A DNA stretch of 64,000 nt from Octopus vulgaris. Lineage: Eukaryota. The stretch lies in the NCBI GenBank assembly GCA_951406725.2, contig OX597835.1:14260001-14324000 (forward strand), written 5' to 3'. This document shows, piece by piece, positions 1-17,077 of the stretch. The position numbers and the translations under genes were made by a program. Under the pieces are notes generated by a model. That model did not search any database and was not told where the DNA came from. It saw only the letters and a list, made by a program, of their open reading frames with translations. Within the stretch, counting starts at the first letter, position 1. The number at the start of each line of letters is the position of its first letter.

Positions 1-3000
1 TGAATATATACAAATTATATATATGTATATGAATATATACAAATTATATATATGTATATGAATATATACAAATTATATATATGTATATGAATATATACAA
101 ATTATATATATGTATATGAATATATACAAATTATATATATGTATATGAATATATACAAATTATATATATGTATATGAATATATACAAATTATATATATGT
201 ATATGAATATATACAAATTATATATATGTATATGAATATATACAAATTATATATATGTATATGAATATATACAAATTATATATATGTATATGAATATATA
301 CAAATTATATATATGTATATGAATATATACAAATTATATATATGTATATGAATATATACAAATTATATATATGTATATGAATATATACAAATTATATATA
401 TGTATATGAATATATACAAATTATATATATGTATATGAATATATACAAATTATATATATGTATATGAATATATACAAATTATATATATGTATATGAATAT
501 ATACAAATTATATATATGTATATGAATATATACAAATTATATATATGTATATGAATATATACAAATTATATATATGTATATGAATATATACAAATTATAT
601 ATATGTATATGAATATATACAAATTATATATATGTATATGAATATATACAAATTATATATATGTATATGAATATATACAAATTATATATATGTATATGAA
701 TATATACAAATTATATATATGTATATGAATATATACAAATTATATATATGTATATGAATATATACAAATTATATATATGTATATGAATATATACAAATTA
801 TATATATGTATATGAATATATACAAATTATATATATGTATATGAATATATACAAATTATATATATGTATATGAATATATACAAATTATATATATGTATAT
901 GAATATATACAAATTATATATATGTATATGAATATATACAAATTATATATATGTATATGAATATATACAAATTATATATATGTATATGAATATATACAAA
1001 TTATATATATGTATATGAATATATACAAATTATATATATGTATATGAATATATACAAATTATATATATGTATATGAATATATACAAATTATATATATGTA
1101 TATGAATATATACAAATTATATATATGTATATGAATATATACAAATTATATATATGTATATGAATATATACAAATTATATATATGTATATGAATATATAC
1201 AAATTATATATATGTATATGAATATATACAAATTACATATAAGTATATGAATATATACAAATTACATATAAGTATATGAATATATACAAATTTTATATAT
1301 GTATATGAATATATACAGATTATTTATATGTATATGTAGATATACAAATTACATATATGTATATCAATATATACAAATTTTATATATGTATATGAATATA
1401 TACAAATTATATATATGTATATGAATATATACAAATTATATATATGAATATATACAAATTATATATATGAATATATACAAATTATATATATGAATATATA
1501 CAAATTATATATATGAATATATACAAATTATATATATGAATATATACAAATTATATATATGAATATATACAAATTATATATATGAATATATACAAATTAT
1601 ATATATGAATATATACAAATTATATATATGAATATATACAAATTATATATATGAATATATACAAATTATATATATGAATATATACAAATTATATATATGA
1701 ATATATACAAATTATATATATGAATATATACAAATTATATATATGAATATATACAAATTATATATATGAATATATACAAATTATATATATGAATATATAC
1801 AAATTATATATATGAATATATACAAATTATATATATGAATATATACAAATTATATATATGAATATATACAAATTATATATATGAATATATACAAATTATA
1901 TATATGAATATATACAAATTATATATATGAATATATACAAATTATATATATGAATATATACAAATTATATATATGAATATATACAAATTATATATATGAA
2001 TATATACAAATTATATATATGAATATATACAAATTATATATATGAATATATACAAATTATATATATGAATATATACAAATTATATATATGAATATATACA
2101 AATTATATATATGAATATATACAAATCATATATATGAATATATACAAATCATATATATGTATATATACAAATTATATATATGTATATGAATATATACAAA
2201 TTATATATATGTATATGAATATATACAAATTATACATATGTATATGAATATATACAAATTATATATATGAATATATACATATTATATATATGAATATATA
2301 CAAATTATATATATGAATATATACAAATTATATATATGAATATATACAAATTATATATATATGAATATATACAACTTATATATATGTATATATACAAATT
2401 ATATATATGTATATGAATATATACAAATTATATATATGTATATGAATATATACAAATTATATATATGTATATGAATATATACAAATTATATATATGTATA
2501 TGAATATATACAAATTATATATATGAATATATACAAATTATATATATGAATATATGCAAATTATATATATGAATATATACAAATTATATATATGAATATA
2601 TACAAATTATATATATGAATATATACAAATTATATATATGAATATATACAAATTATATATATATGAATATATACAAATTATATATATGTATATATACAAA
2701 TTATATATATGTATATGAATATATACAAATTATATATATGTATATGAATATATACAAATTATATATATGTATATGAATATATACAAATTATATATATGTA
2801 TATGAATATATACAAATTATATATATGAATATATACAAATTATATATATGAATATATACAAATTATATATATGTATATATACAAATTATATATATGTATA
2901 TATACAAATTATATATATGTATATGAATATATACAAATTATATATATGTATATGAATATATACAAATTATATATATGTATATGAATATATACAAATTATA

Positions 3001-3934
3001 TATATGTATATGAATATATACAAATTATATATATGTATATGAATATATACAAATTATATATATGTATATATACAAATTATATATATGTATATGAATATGT
3101 ACAAATTATATATATGTATATATACAAATTATATATATGTATATGAATATATACAAATTATATATATGTATATATACAAATTATATATATGTATATGAAT
3201 ATATACAAATTATATATATGTATATGAATATATACAAATTATATATATGAATATATACAAATTATATATATGTATATATACAAATTATATATATGTATAT
3301 ATACAAATTATATATATGTATATGAATATATACAAATTATATATATGTATATGAATATATACAAATTATATATATGAATATATACAAATTATATATATGT
3401 ATATATACAAATTATATATATGTATGTGTATATATACAAATTATATATATGTATATATACAAATTATATATTTGTATATATACAAATTATATATATGTAT
3501 ATATACAAATTATATATGTGTATATATACAAATTATATATATGTATATGAATATATACAAATTATATATATGTATATGAATATATACAAATTATATATAT
3601 GTATATATACAAATTATATATATGTATATGAATATGTACAAATTATATATATGTATATATACAAATTATATATATGTATATGAATGTATACAAATTATAT
3701 ATATGTATATGTATACAAATTATATATATGTATATGTATACAAATTATATATATGTATATATATACAAATTATATATATGTATATATATACAAATTATAT
3801 ATGTGTATATATACAAATTATATATATGTATATATACAAATTATATATATGTATATATACAAATTATATATATGTATATGAATATATACAAATTACATAT
3901 ATGTATATGAATATATACAAATTATATATATGTA
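1..3934. repeat. AT-rich satellite, 29-bp monomer TGAATATATACAAATTATATATATGTATA, with 23-bp deletion-variant blocks (about 1436-2150)
   Basis: Directly visible tandem periodicity; the array runs off the left edge of the window. Confidence 0.98.
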
Positions 3935-3939
3935 TTTTT

Positions 3940-4341
3940 ATTCTTATTCTCTTATTCTTTTACTTGTTTCAGTCATTTGACTGCGGCCATGCTGGGGCAC
4001 CGCCTTTAATCGAGCAACTCGACCCCGGGACTTATTCTTTGTAAGCCCAGTACTTATTTTATCGGTTTCTATTGCCGAACCGCTAAGTGACGGGGACATA
4101 AACACACCAGCATCGGTTGACAAGCAATGCTAGGGGGACAAACACAGACACACAAGCACACACACATATATATATATATACATATATACGACGGGCTTCT
4201 TTCAGTTTCCATCTACCAAATCCACTCACAAGGCTTTGGTCGGCCCGAGGCTATAGTAGAAGACACTTGCCCAAGGTGCCACGCAGTGGATTGAACCCAG
4301 AACCATGTGGTTGGTAAACAAGCTACTTACCACACAGCCAC
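3940..4341 (-). mobile_element. tRNA-derived SINE family A copy inserted in the satellite
   Basis: Reverse complement of the copies at 38265 and 60730: A/B-box-like head (TGGCTGTGTGG...GGTTCA), internal microsatellite, 3' tail GGCGGTGCYCCAGCATGGCC. Confidence 0.9.
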
Positions 4342-4534
4342 ATACAAATTATATATATGTATATGAATATATACAAATTATATATATGTATATGAATATA
4401 TACAAATTATATATATGTATATGAATATATACAAATTATATATATATGTATATGAAGATATATGAATTACATATATGTATATGAATATATACAAATTACA
4501 TATATGTATATGAAAATATGCAAAGTATATATAT

Positions 4535-6550
4535 GATTGATTGATTGATTGATTGATTCTAGTTTCAGCTTATGAGCTGTGGCCATGCTGGGGCACCGCC
4601 ATTTGGTGTTGCTACTTAGTTTCACTTCATGGAGGCTTTCTCGCAACTGCTATTTGGTGCATGAGAGAGTTCGATGCAGCTGCCCTCATCTGCCCCTCCT
4701 GCCGTGAAGTTGGTTCATCTGGGACACCTGACACGAAGAGATCCAGCTTCATTTTAAAGACATCTGTATCCACCCCATGCAGGTCTCTCAGGTTCTTCGG
4801 GAGGATATTGAAGAGCTGTGGGCCTCGGAAGCCCAGGCTATCACAGAATCTTGTCCTACATCTTGATGGCAGGTTTGGAGTCCTAGGCACCACGCAGTGG
4901 CGCCCAGCTCTGGCATTTGCGTAACTCTCGATGCCAAAGTTCAGGACACTTCCCTCCAGGATCTTCCAGATGTATATTATGGCATATCTTTCCCGCCTAC
5001 GCTCCAGGGAATATAATTTTAATCTCTTGAGTCTTTCCCAGTAGCTTACATTCTGCATAGAGGCTATCTTCTTTGTGTAGCTTCGTTGGATCGCCTCAAG
5101 TTCTGTGATCAACTTGACACTGGATGGTGACCATAGCTGAGAGCAATAGTCAAAGTTGCTTAGGACAAGTGTCTTCCAGAGGACCATCATGGTTTCTTGT
5201 TCTCTTGTTCTAAAGGTTCTAAGAATCCATCCAGCCAGCCGTCTACATTTCATTGTCAGTTTAGCAACATGTACATGAAAGGTCGCGTCATCACTCATGT
5301 GAATACCCAGGTCACGCACTGATTGTGCCTCTGGGATTGCAATCCCTCCGGGTCCAGTGTATTCATTGGGTATTGCATTCAGTTTTGCATGCTGATAGTA
5401 TAAAGCTTGAAACTTTCCAGCATTGAACTGCATGCTATTCTTTTCAGCCCACTTGTATATTTCGTCCAGCTCACATTGCAGGTGTTTAGTGTCCTCGGGG
5501 TTCTGTATTGCCTGTGAAACTTTTGTATCATCTGCATAACTTGTGATCGTGGCTCTCTGCGTGGCTGAGGGCATGTCTGAGAGGGCTATTATGAACAGTA
5601 GTGGTCCCAGAACAGTGCCCTGCGGAACACCGCTCACTATTTGTGTGTTAATGGAGGTGGCCCCATCGGCTACTACCACCTGACTTCTATCCTTCAGAAA
5701 GTCATGAAGCCATTCTCCCAGTTTTCCAACTATGTTGAGATCACGCAGTTTGTGACATATCATTCCATGATCGACTTTATCAAAGGCCTTTGCAAAGTCG
5801 AGATATATCACTTCCACATTTGAGTGGTTGAGCAGCCGTTTCAGCACCTAATCATAGTGTTGTAGGAGCTGAGTTAAACAGCTTCTCCCTGGTCGGAAAC
5901 CATGTTGGGTGTCGGGCAGCAAGTAATTCTCTTCAAGGAAGGTGATCAGCTTCCTTCTGACTATTCGTTCCATGACCTTGCTGATGTGTGAGGTCAGAGA
6001 GATAGGTCTATAGTTCTTGGCTTCCGCTCTGCTACCTCCTTTATGAATGGGGCATATTTTACCTTCCTTCAGTTTTCCTGGAAGTTTGCCAGCTGCAAGG
6101 AAGCTCTGAAAGAGGAACTGCAGTGGTCTTGCTAGGACTCTCTTACATGCTTTTAGGAGGATTGCCGGGAATCCATCGGGGCCAGTAGCTGAGTCTGTTT
6201 TCATTTCATCTATAGCCTTGGTTACATCGTCTTCCTTTATATCGATGTAATCTATCGTCGCCGCCTCTGATTTTATATCTGCAGTGGTAAAAAAGTCAGT
6301 TGGATTGGTGATTTGGAGATGCCCAAGGGGTGGAGTGAAAACACTCTTGAATTGCTCATTCAATATTTCACTTACCCTCATTGGTTTTCCTGTAAGTGTG
6401 CCATCCTTTTCGAGGAGTGGCCCTATTCTACAGTGCACTGTAGCTGTTTCTTTGGCATACCTGTAGAAAGCTCTGGGGTTAGATTTTATGTTTTCTATAG
6501 CCCAGGCTTCTTTGTCTGCTCTTTCTTTTTCATGGGAGAGTTGCAGACAT
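4535..6550 (-). mobile_element. 5'-truncated CR1/L2-group non-LTR retrotransposon with (AATC)n tail
   Basis: RT-coding region followed by a short 3'UTR and a simple-repeat tail (GATT)n at 4535-4558. Confidence 0.93.
4627..6550 (-). pseudogene. LINE ORF2 reverse transcriptase, endonuclease missing, one in-frame stop at 5848-5850
   Basis: Motifs GPDG, NYRPISLTS, QHGFRPGRSC, YLDFAKAFDKV, GVPQGTVLGPLLF, YADD, RDLG, LERRR across the in-frame ORFs 5848..6651 and 4627..5847. Confidence 0.95.
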
Positions 6551-9500
6551 TTGTATATGTCTATGAAGATATACAAATTATATATATGCATACAAATTAT
6601 ATATATGTATATATGTATACAAATTATATATATGTATATAAATGTATACAAATTATATATATGTATATAAACGTATACAAATTATATATACGTATATAAA
6701 CGTATACAAATTGTATATTTGTATATAAATATATACAAAATATATATAATTATAAATATAATTAGTATATATTTATATACATATATATAAATATATACAA
6801 ATTATGTATACGTATATAAATATATACAAATTATATATATGTATATAAATATATACAAATTTTATATTTGTATATAAATATATACAAATTATATATATGT
6901 ATATGAATATATACAATTTATATATATGTATATGAATATATACAAATTATATATATGTATATGAATATATACAAATTACATATATGTATATGAAGATATA
7001 CAAATTACATAGATGTATATGAATATATACAAATTATTTATATGTATATGAATATATACAGATTATATATATGTATATGAATATATACAAATTACATATA
7101 TGTATATGAATATATACAAATTACATATATGTATATGTAGATATACAAATTATATATATGTATATGAATATATACAAATTACATATATGTATATGAAGAT
7201 ATCCAATTTAAATATATGTATATGAAGATATACAACTTACATATATGTATATGAAGCTATACAAATTACATATATGTATATAAATATATACAAATTATAT
7301 ATATGTATATGAATATATACAAATTATATATATGTATATGAATATATACAAATTATATATATGTATATGAATATATACAAATTATATATATGTATATGAA
7401 TATATACAAATTATATATATGTATATGAATATATACAAATTATATATATGTATATGAATATATACAAATTATATATATGTATATGAATATATACAAATTT
7501 TATATATGTATATGAATATATACAAATTATATATATGTATAAGAATATATACAAATTTTATATATGTATATGAATATATACAAATTTTATATATGTATAT
7601 GAATATATACAAATTTTATATATGTATATGAATATATACAAATTATATATATGTATATGAATATATACAAATTATATATATGTATATGAATATATACAAA
7701 TTATATATATGTATATGAATATATACAAATTATATATATGTATATGAATATATACAAATTATATATATGTATATGAATATATACAAATTATATATATGTA
7801 TATGAATATATACAAATTATATATATGTATATGAATATATACAAATTATATATATGTATATGAATATATACAAATTTTATATATGTATATGAATATATAC
7901 AAATTATATATATGTATATGAATATATACAAATAATATATATGTATATGAATATATACAAATTTTATATATGTATATGAATATATACAAATTATATATAT
8001 GTATATGAATATATACAACTTATATATATGTATATGAATATATACAAATTATATATATGTATATGAATATATACAAATTTTATATATGTATATGAATATA
8101 TACAAATTATATATATGTATATGAATATATACAAATTATATATATGTATATGAATATATACAAATTATATATATGTATATGAATATATACAAATTATATA
8201 TATGTATATGAATATATACAAATTTTATATATGTATATGAATATATACAAGTTATATATATGTATATGAATATATACAAATTATATATATGTATATGAAT
8301 ATATACAAATTATATATATGTATATGAATATATACAAATTATATATATGTATATGAATATATACAAATTTTATATATGTATATGAATATATACAAGTTAT
8401 ATATATGTATATGAATATATACAAATTATATATATGTATATGAATATATACAAATTATATATATGTATATGAATATATACAAATTATATATATGTATATG
8501 AATATATACAAATTATATATATGTATATGAATATATACAAATTATATATATGTATATGAATATATACAAATTATATATATGTATATGAATATATACAAAT
8601 TATATATATGTATATGAATATATACAAATTATATATATGTATATGAATATATACAAATTATATATATGTATATGAATATATACAAATTATATATATGTAT
8701 ATGAATATATACAAATTATATATATGTATATGAATATATACAAATTATATATATGTATATGAATATATACAAATTATATATATGTATATGAATATATACA
8801 AATTATATATATGTATATGAATATATACAAATTTTATATATGTATATGAATATATACAAATTATATATATGTATATGAATATATACAAATTTTATATATG
8901 TATATGAATATATACAAATTATATATATGTATATGAATATATACAAATTATATATATGTATATGAATATATACAAATAATATATATGTATATGAATATAT
9001 ACAAATTTTATATATGTATATGAATATATACAAATTATATATATGTATATGAATATATACAAATTATATATATGTATATGAATATATACAAATTATATAT
9101 ATGTATATGAATATATACAAATTTTATATATGTATATGAATATATACAAATTATATATATGTATATGAATATATACAAATTATATATATGTATATGAATA
9201 TATACAAATTATATATATGTATATGAATATATACAAATTATATATATGTATATGAATATATACAAATTTTATATATGTATATGAATATATACAAATTATA
9301 TATATGTATATGAATATATACAAATTTTATATATGTATATGAATATATACAAATTATATATATGTATATGAATATATACAAATTATATATATGTATATGA
9401 ATATATACAAATTATATATATGTATATGAATATATACAAATTATATATATGTATATGAATATATACAAATTTTATATATGTATATGAATATATACAAATT

Positions 9501-12500
9501 ATATATATGTATATGAATATATACAAATTATATATATGTATATGAATATATACAAATTTTATATATGTATATGAATATATACAAGTTATATATATGTATA
9601 TGAATATATACAAATTATATATATGTATATGAATATATACAAATTATATATATGTATATGAATATATACAAATTATATATATGTATATGAATATATACAA
9701 ATTATATATATGTATATGAATATATACAAATTATATATATGTATATGAATATATACAAATTATATATATGTATATGAATATATACAAATTTTATATATGT
9801 ATATGAATATATACAAATTATATATATGTATATGAATATATACAAATTATATATATGTATATGAATATATACAAATTTTATATATGTATATGAATATATA
9901 CAAGTTATATATATGTATATGAATATATACAAATTATATATATGTATATGAATATATACAAATTATATATATTTATATGAGTATATACAAATTATATATA
10001 TGTATATGAATATATACAAATTATATATATGTATATGAATATATACAAATTATATATATGTATATGAATATATACAAATTATATATATGTATATGAATAT
10101 ATACAAATTTTATATATGTATATGAATATATACAAATTATATATATGTATATGAATATATACAAATTATATATATGTATATGAATATATACAAATTATAT
10201 ATATGTATATGAATATATACAAATTATATATATGTATATGAATATATACAAGTTATATATATGTATATGAATATATACAAATTATATATATGTATATGAA
10301 TATATACAAATTATATATATGTATATGAATATATACAAATTATATATATGTATATGAATATATACAAATTATATATATGTATATGAATATATACAAATTA
10401 TATATATGTATATGAATATATACAAATTATATATATGTATATGAATATATACAAATTATATATATGTATATGAATATATACAAAGTTATATATATGTATA
10501 TGAATATATACAAATTTTATATATGTATATGAATATATACAAGTTATATATATGTATATGAATATATACAAATTATATATATGTATATGAATATATACAA
10601 ATTATATATATGTATATGAATATATACAAATTATATATATGTATATGAATATATACAAATTATATATATGTATATGAATATATACAAATTATATATATGT
10701 ATATGAATATATACAAATTATATATATGTATATGAATATATACAAATTTTATATATGTATATGAATATATACAAGTTATATATATGTATATGAATATATA
10801 CAAATTATATATATGTATATGAATATATACAAATTATATATATGTATATGAATATATACAAATTATATATATGTATATGAATATATACAAATTATATATA
10901 TGTATATGAATATATACAAATTATATATATGTATATGAATATATACAAATTATATATATGTATATGAATATATACAAATTTTATATATGTATATGAATAT
11001 ATACAAATTATATATATGTATATGAATATATACAAATTATATATATGTATATGAATATATACAAATTATATATATGTATATGAATATATACAAATTATAT
11101 ATATGTATATGAATATATACAAATTATATATATGTATATGAATATATACAAATTTATATATGTATATGAATATATACAAATTATATATGTATATGAATAT
11201 ATACAAATTATATATATGTATAATATATACAAATTATATATGTATATGAATATATACAATTATATATATGTATATATATATACAAATTATATATATGTAT
11301 ATGAATATATACAATATTATATATATGTATATGAATATATACAAATTATATATATGTATATGAATATATACAAATTATATATATGTATATGAATATATAC
11401 AAATTATATATATGTATATGAATATATACAAATTTATATATGTATATGAATATATACAAATTATATATATGTATATGAATATATACAAATTATATATATG
11501 TATATGAATATATACAAATTATATATATGTATATGAATATATACAAATTATATATATGTATATGAATATATACAAATTATATATATGTATATGAATATAT
11601 ACAAATTATATATATGTATATGAATATATACAAATTATATATATGTATATGAATATATACAAATTATATATATGTATATGAATATATACAAATTATATAT
11701 ATGTATATGAATATATACAAATTATATATATGTATATGAATATATACAAATTATATATATGTATATGAATATATACAAATTATATATATGTATATGAATA
11801 TATACAAATTATATATATGTATATGAATATATACAAATTATATATGTATATGAATATATACAAATTATATATATGTATATGAATATATACAAATTATATA
11901 TATGTATATGAATATATACAATATATATATGTATATGAATATATACATATATGTAATTATATATATGTATATATGAATATATACAAATTATATATATGTA
12001 TATGAATATATACAAATTTATATATATGTATATGAATATATACAAATTATATATATGTATATGAATATATACAAATTATATATATGTATATGAATATATA
12101 CAAATTATATATATGTATATGAATATATACAAATTATATATATGTATATGAATATATACAAATATATATATGTATATGAATATATACAAATTATATATAT
12201 GTATATGAATATATACAAATTATATATATGTATATGAATATATACAAATTATATATATGTATATGAATATATACAAATTATATATATGTATATGAATATA
12301 TACAAATTATATATATGTATATGAATATATACAAATTATATATATGTATATGAATATATACAAATTTTATATATGTATATGAATATATACAAGTTATATA
12401 TATGTATATGAATATATACAAATTATATATATGTATATGAATATATACAAATTATATATATGTATATGAATATATACAAATTATATATATGTATATGAAT

Positions 12501-15393
12501 ATATACAAATTATATATATGTATATGAATATATACAAGTTATATATATGTATATGAATATATACAAATTATATATATGTATATGCATATATACAAATTAT
12601 ATATATGTATATGAATATATACAAATTATATATATGTATATGAATATATACAAATTTTATATATGTATATGAATATATACAAGTTATATATATGTATATG
12701 AATATATACAAATTATATATATGTATATGAATATATACAAATTATATATATGTATATGAATATATACAAATTATATATATGTATATGAATATATACAAAT
12801 TATATATATGTATATGAATATATACAAATTATATATATGTATATGAATATATACAAATTATATATATGTATATGAATATATACAAATTTTATATATGTAT
12901 ATGAATATATACAAGTTATATATATGTATATGAATATATACAAATTATATATATGTATATGAATATATACAAATTATATATATGTATATGAATATATACA
13001 AATTATATATATGTATATGAATATATACAAATTATATAAATGTATATGAATATATACAAATTACATATATGTATATGAAGATATACAAATTACATATATG
13101 TATATGAAGATATACAAATTATTTATATGTATATGAATATATACAAATTATTTATATGTATATGAATATATACAGATTATATATATGTATATGAATATAT
13201 ACAAATTACATATATGTATATGAATATATACAAATTACATATATGTATATGAATATATACAAATTACATATATGTATATGAATATATACAAATTACATAT
13301 ATGTATATGATGATATACAAATTACCTATATGTATCTGAAGATATACAACTTACATATATGTATATGATGCTATACAAATTACATATATGTATATAAAGA
13401 TATACAAATTATATATATCTATATGAATATATACAAATTACATAGATGTATATAAAGATATACAAATTACATATATGTATATAAAGATATACAAATTACA
13501 TATATGTATATGAAGATATACAAATTACATACGTATATGAAGATATACAAATTATATATACGTATATGAATATATACAAATTATATATTTGTATATGAAT
13601 ATATACAAACTATATATATGCATATGAATATATACAAATTATATATATGCATATGAATATATACAAATCATATATATGCACATAAATATATACAAATTAT
13701 ATATATGCATACAAATATATACAAATTATATATATGTATATAAATATATACAAATTATATATATGCATATGAATATATACAAATTATATATATGCATATA
13801 AATATATACAAATTATATATATGAATATAAATATATACAATTATTTAATATATACAAATATATACAAATTATATATCTGTATACAAATATATACAAATTA
13901 TATATATGTATACAATTATAATATATACAAATTATATATATGTATATAAATGTATACAAATTATATATTTGTATATAAACGTATACAAATTATATATTTG
14001 TATATAAATGTATACAAATTATATATAATTATACATACAATTTGTATATATTTATATACATATATATAAATATATACAAATTATATATATGTATATAAAT
14101 ATATACAAATTATATATTTGTATATGAATATATACAAATTATATATATGTATATGAATATATACAAATTATACATGTGTATATGAATATATACAAATTAT
14201 ACATGTGTATATGAATATATACAAATTATACATGTGTATATGAATATATACAAATTATACATGTGTATATGAATATATACAAATTATACATGTGTATATA
14301 AATATATACAAATTATACATGTGTATATGAATATATACAAATTATACATGTGTATATGAATATATTACAAATTATACATGTGTATATGAATATATACAAA
14401 TTATACATGTGTATATGAATATATACAAATTATTCATGTGTATATGAATATATACAAATTATACATGTGTATATGAATATATACAAATTATACATGTGTA
14501 TATGAATATATACAAATTATACATGTGTATATGAATATATACAAATTATACATGTGTATATGAATATATACAAATTATACATGTGTATATGAATATATAC
14601 AAATTATACATGTGTATATGAATATATACAAATTATACATGTGTATATGAATATATACAAATTATACATGTGTATATGAATATATACAAATTATTCATGT
14701 GTATATGAATATATACAAATTATACATGTGTATATGAATATATACAAATTATATATATGTATCCAAATTATATATATGTATATAAACGTATACAAATTAT
14801 ATATATGTATATAAATGTATACAACTTATATATATGTATATAAATGTACACAAATTATATATATGTATATAAATTTATACAAATTATATATATGTATATA
14901 AATGTATACAAATTATATATATGTATATAAATGTATACAAATTATATATATGTATATAAATGTATACAAATTATATATATGTATATAAACGTATACAAAT
15001 TATATATATGTATATAAACGTATACAAATTATATATATGTATATAAACGTATACAAATTATATATATGTATATAAATGTATACAAATTATATATATGTAT
15101 ATAAACGTATACAAATTATATATATGTATATAAATGTATACAAATTATATATATGTATATAAATGTATACAAATTATATATATGTATATAAATGTATACA
15201 AATTATATATATGTATATAAATGTATACAAATTATATATATGTATATAAATGTATACAAATTATATATATGTATATAAATGTATACAAATTATATATATG
15301 TATATAAATGTATACAAAATTATATATATGTATATAAATGTATACAAATTATATATATTCATATGTATATATATGTATACAAATTATATATAT

Positions 15394-15400
<7 letters not shown>
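6551..15400. repeat. Continuation of the 29-bp satellite with variant sub-arrays (TACATGTG type about 14170-14750; AAATGTATAC type about 14770-15340)
   Basis: Directly visible periodicity and block-wise variants. Confidence 0.98.
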
Positions 15401-15449
<49 letters not shown>

Positions 15450-15466
15450 GTATTCAATGTATACAT

Positions 15467-15521
15467 TGTCCAAACCCTGGTAGCACGGAAAACGGGCGTT
15501 AAACGATGATGATGATGATGA
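15467..15521 (+). mobile_element. Probable 3' tail fragment of a non-LTR element ending in (GAT)n
   Basis: Short GC-richer motif ...GGGCGTTAAAC followed directly by (GAT)n. Confidence 0.4.
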
Positions 15522-15811
15522 TTTTCCGTATTTTTTTCTCTCTCCTTTCTCTCTCACTTTCCCGCTCTCTTAGTTTTCTTATCTCTCGGACTCTTCCTCG
15601 CTTTCTCTTACTCTCTATCTTTATCTATATCTCTCCCATTTATAAACAACAGTAGATCTTGAGTAAGTTGAGAAATAAAATATTTAGAAAGATGAATCAG
15701 AAATATGAGGCAGTAATAATGGAAAAGTCTGCTTCAAGGCAGACAGCAAAATGCTAATATTTAAAAGGGACAGACGGGCTTGCGAGCTGAAGAAAAATAA
15801 TAAAATATTGG

Positions 15812-16085
15812 AAACCAGAGTTTGAAGTGATAGAATCTTAGGATAGTAGAGTCACCATGGCTGGTACTTCTTAACGACGGACAGCAACGTAGTGACAGTT
15901 TAACGACTGGCGTATAATTTTTTCAAGTTGATGTGAAAGAAAATTCGTAAACACCAAGTTTTGAAGTGATTCTTTCTCACGACAGTAGACTCACCATGGA
16001 CTCTTTATCATGGACGGCAACACATTGACGATTAAAAGGCTGGCGCATATTTTTTAGCTTGATGTAACAGAGAATTCCTAAACGC
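15812..16085. repeat. Diverged tandem duplication of about 138 bp
   Basis: TTTGAAGTGAT...GTAGA.TCACCATGG...GTTGATGT/CTTGATGT recurs near 15820 and 15960. Confidence 0.65.
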
Positions 16086-16328
16086 CCGCTCCTTTAAATT
16101 GTAATCCCATTCCAACCCCATTTAGACCACTTTTCACATTTTGGTTAACATAACCCGATTTCATTCGGGTCTCCTGGGGCCACATTTTATAAGATGAGGA
16201 ATTTTGTCCTAGATGTGACGCCTTTCATTTGAGGAAAAAAATAGTTGTCATGCAACCTTGCCAGCACTTTTAACATAGGTATGCATATTTTCAGCTGAAT
16301 CGACCGACTACGTAATGCACACATTATG

Positions 16329-16391
<63 letters not shown>

Positions 16392-16778
16392 ACGCATTAT
16401 ATATACAAATGTATACAAATGAGATATAGATCTGTATAAATTAAATTAGAGATAAAACCACTAATAGGCAAATCAAACAGTGAAAAACCAAACACAAAAA
16501 CATTAAAAATATATAATATAGAAAATATATAAAATATAAAATTTAAAAATTTAAATTATTTAAATTGAAAATAAAAATTATTAAATTATATTGATAATTT
16601 GTTTAAAAATATATATAACTATGAAAAAGTATGAAAAAGTTTAACATACATAAATAAAGATATATACACTTTGTATATATACATTATATATACATATTTA
16701 TATATAGAACACACACACACACATACATTATATATACATATTTATATATAGAACACACACATACATTATATATACATA

Positions 16779-17000
16779 TCTATATATATAAAACTGTAGT
16801 TGTGTGAGTGTCTGTCTCCTACGATTTAGATTCCTAACTACTCCCACATTTTGCGGTGCAGTTTAACCAAATTCGGGTACCTTATAGTTGTGATTCATAT
16901 CGAGCCCGTCTGCGTATTAGCGCGCGTCTACGATGAGTCTACGATTTTAAAAATAATTTAACATCATTTTTTTCCATTTTAACGCATATTTTTTCGTGTG
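16779..17000 (+). mobile_element. Helitron 5' end fragment, same family as 26109, 27458 and 39510
   Basis: 5' TCTATATATATAAAA plus shared GATTTAGATTCCTAACTACTCCCACATTTTGCGG block. Confidence 0.8.
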
Positions 17001-17077
17001 TCGATGGCGGCGGAGTTGGCGTCCATGCTCACGCCTGCACCTGTGTTGCTTCCCCCCTTTCTTCCCTCCCTCGTGAA

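Noticed and set aside
11130-12200. Indel-rich stretch of the satellite that looks like a distinct subfamily
   Set aside because: Scattered 1-2 bp indels without a consistent variant look like local consensus or sequencing error
1-15400. CRISPR-like periodicity of 29-bp repeats
   Set aside because: No unique spacers, no cas genes and a eukaryotic context
3397-15509. Many YIYIC/MYMNIYKL-type ORFs
   Set aside because: They are translations of the satellite, not proteins
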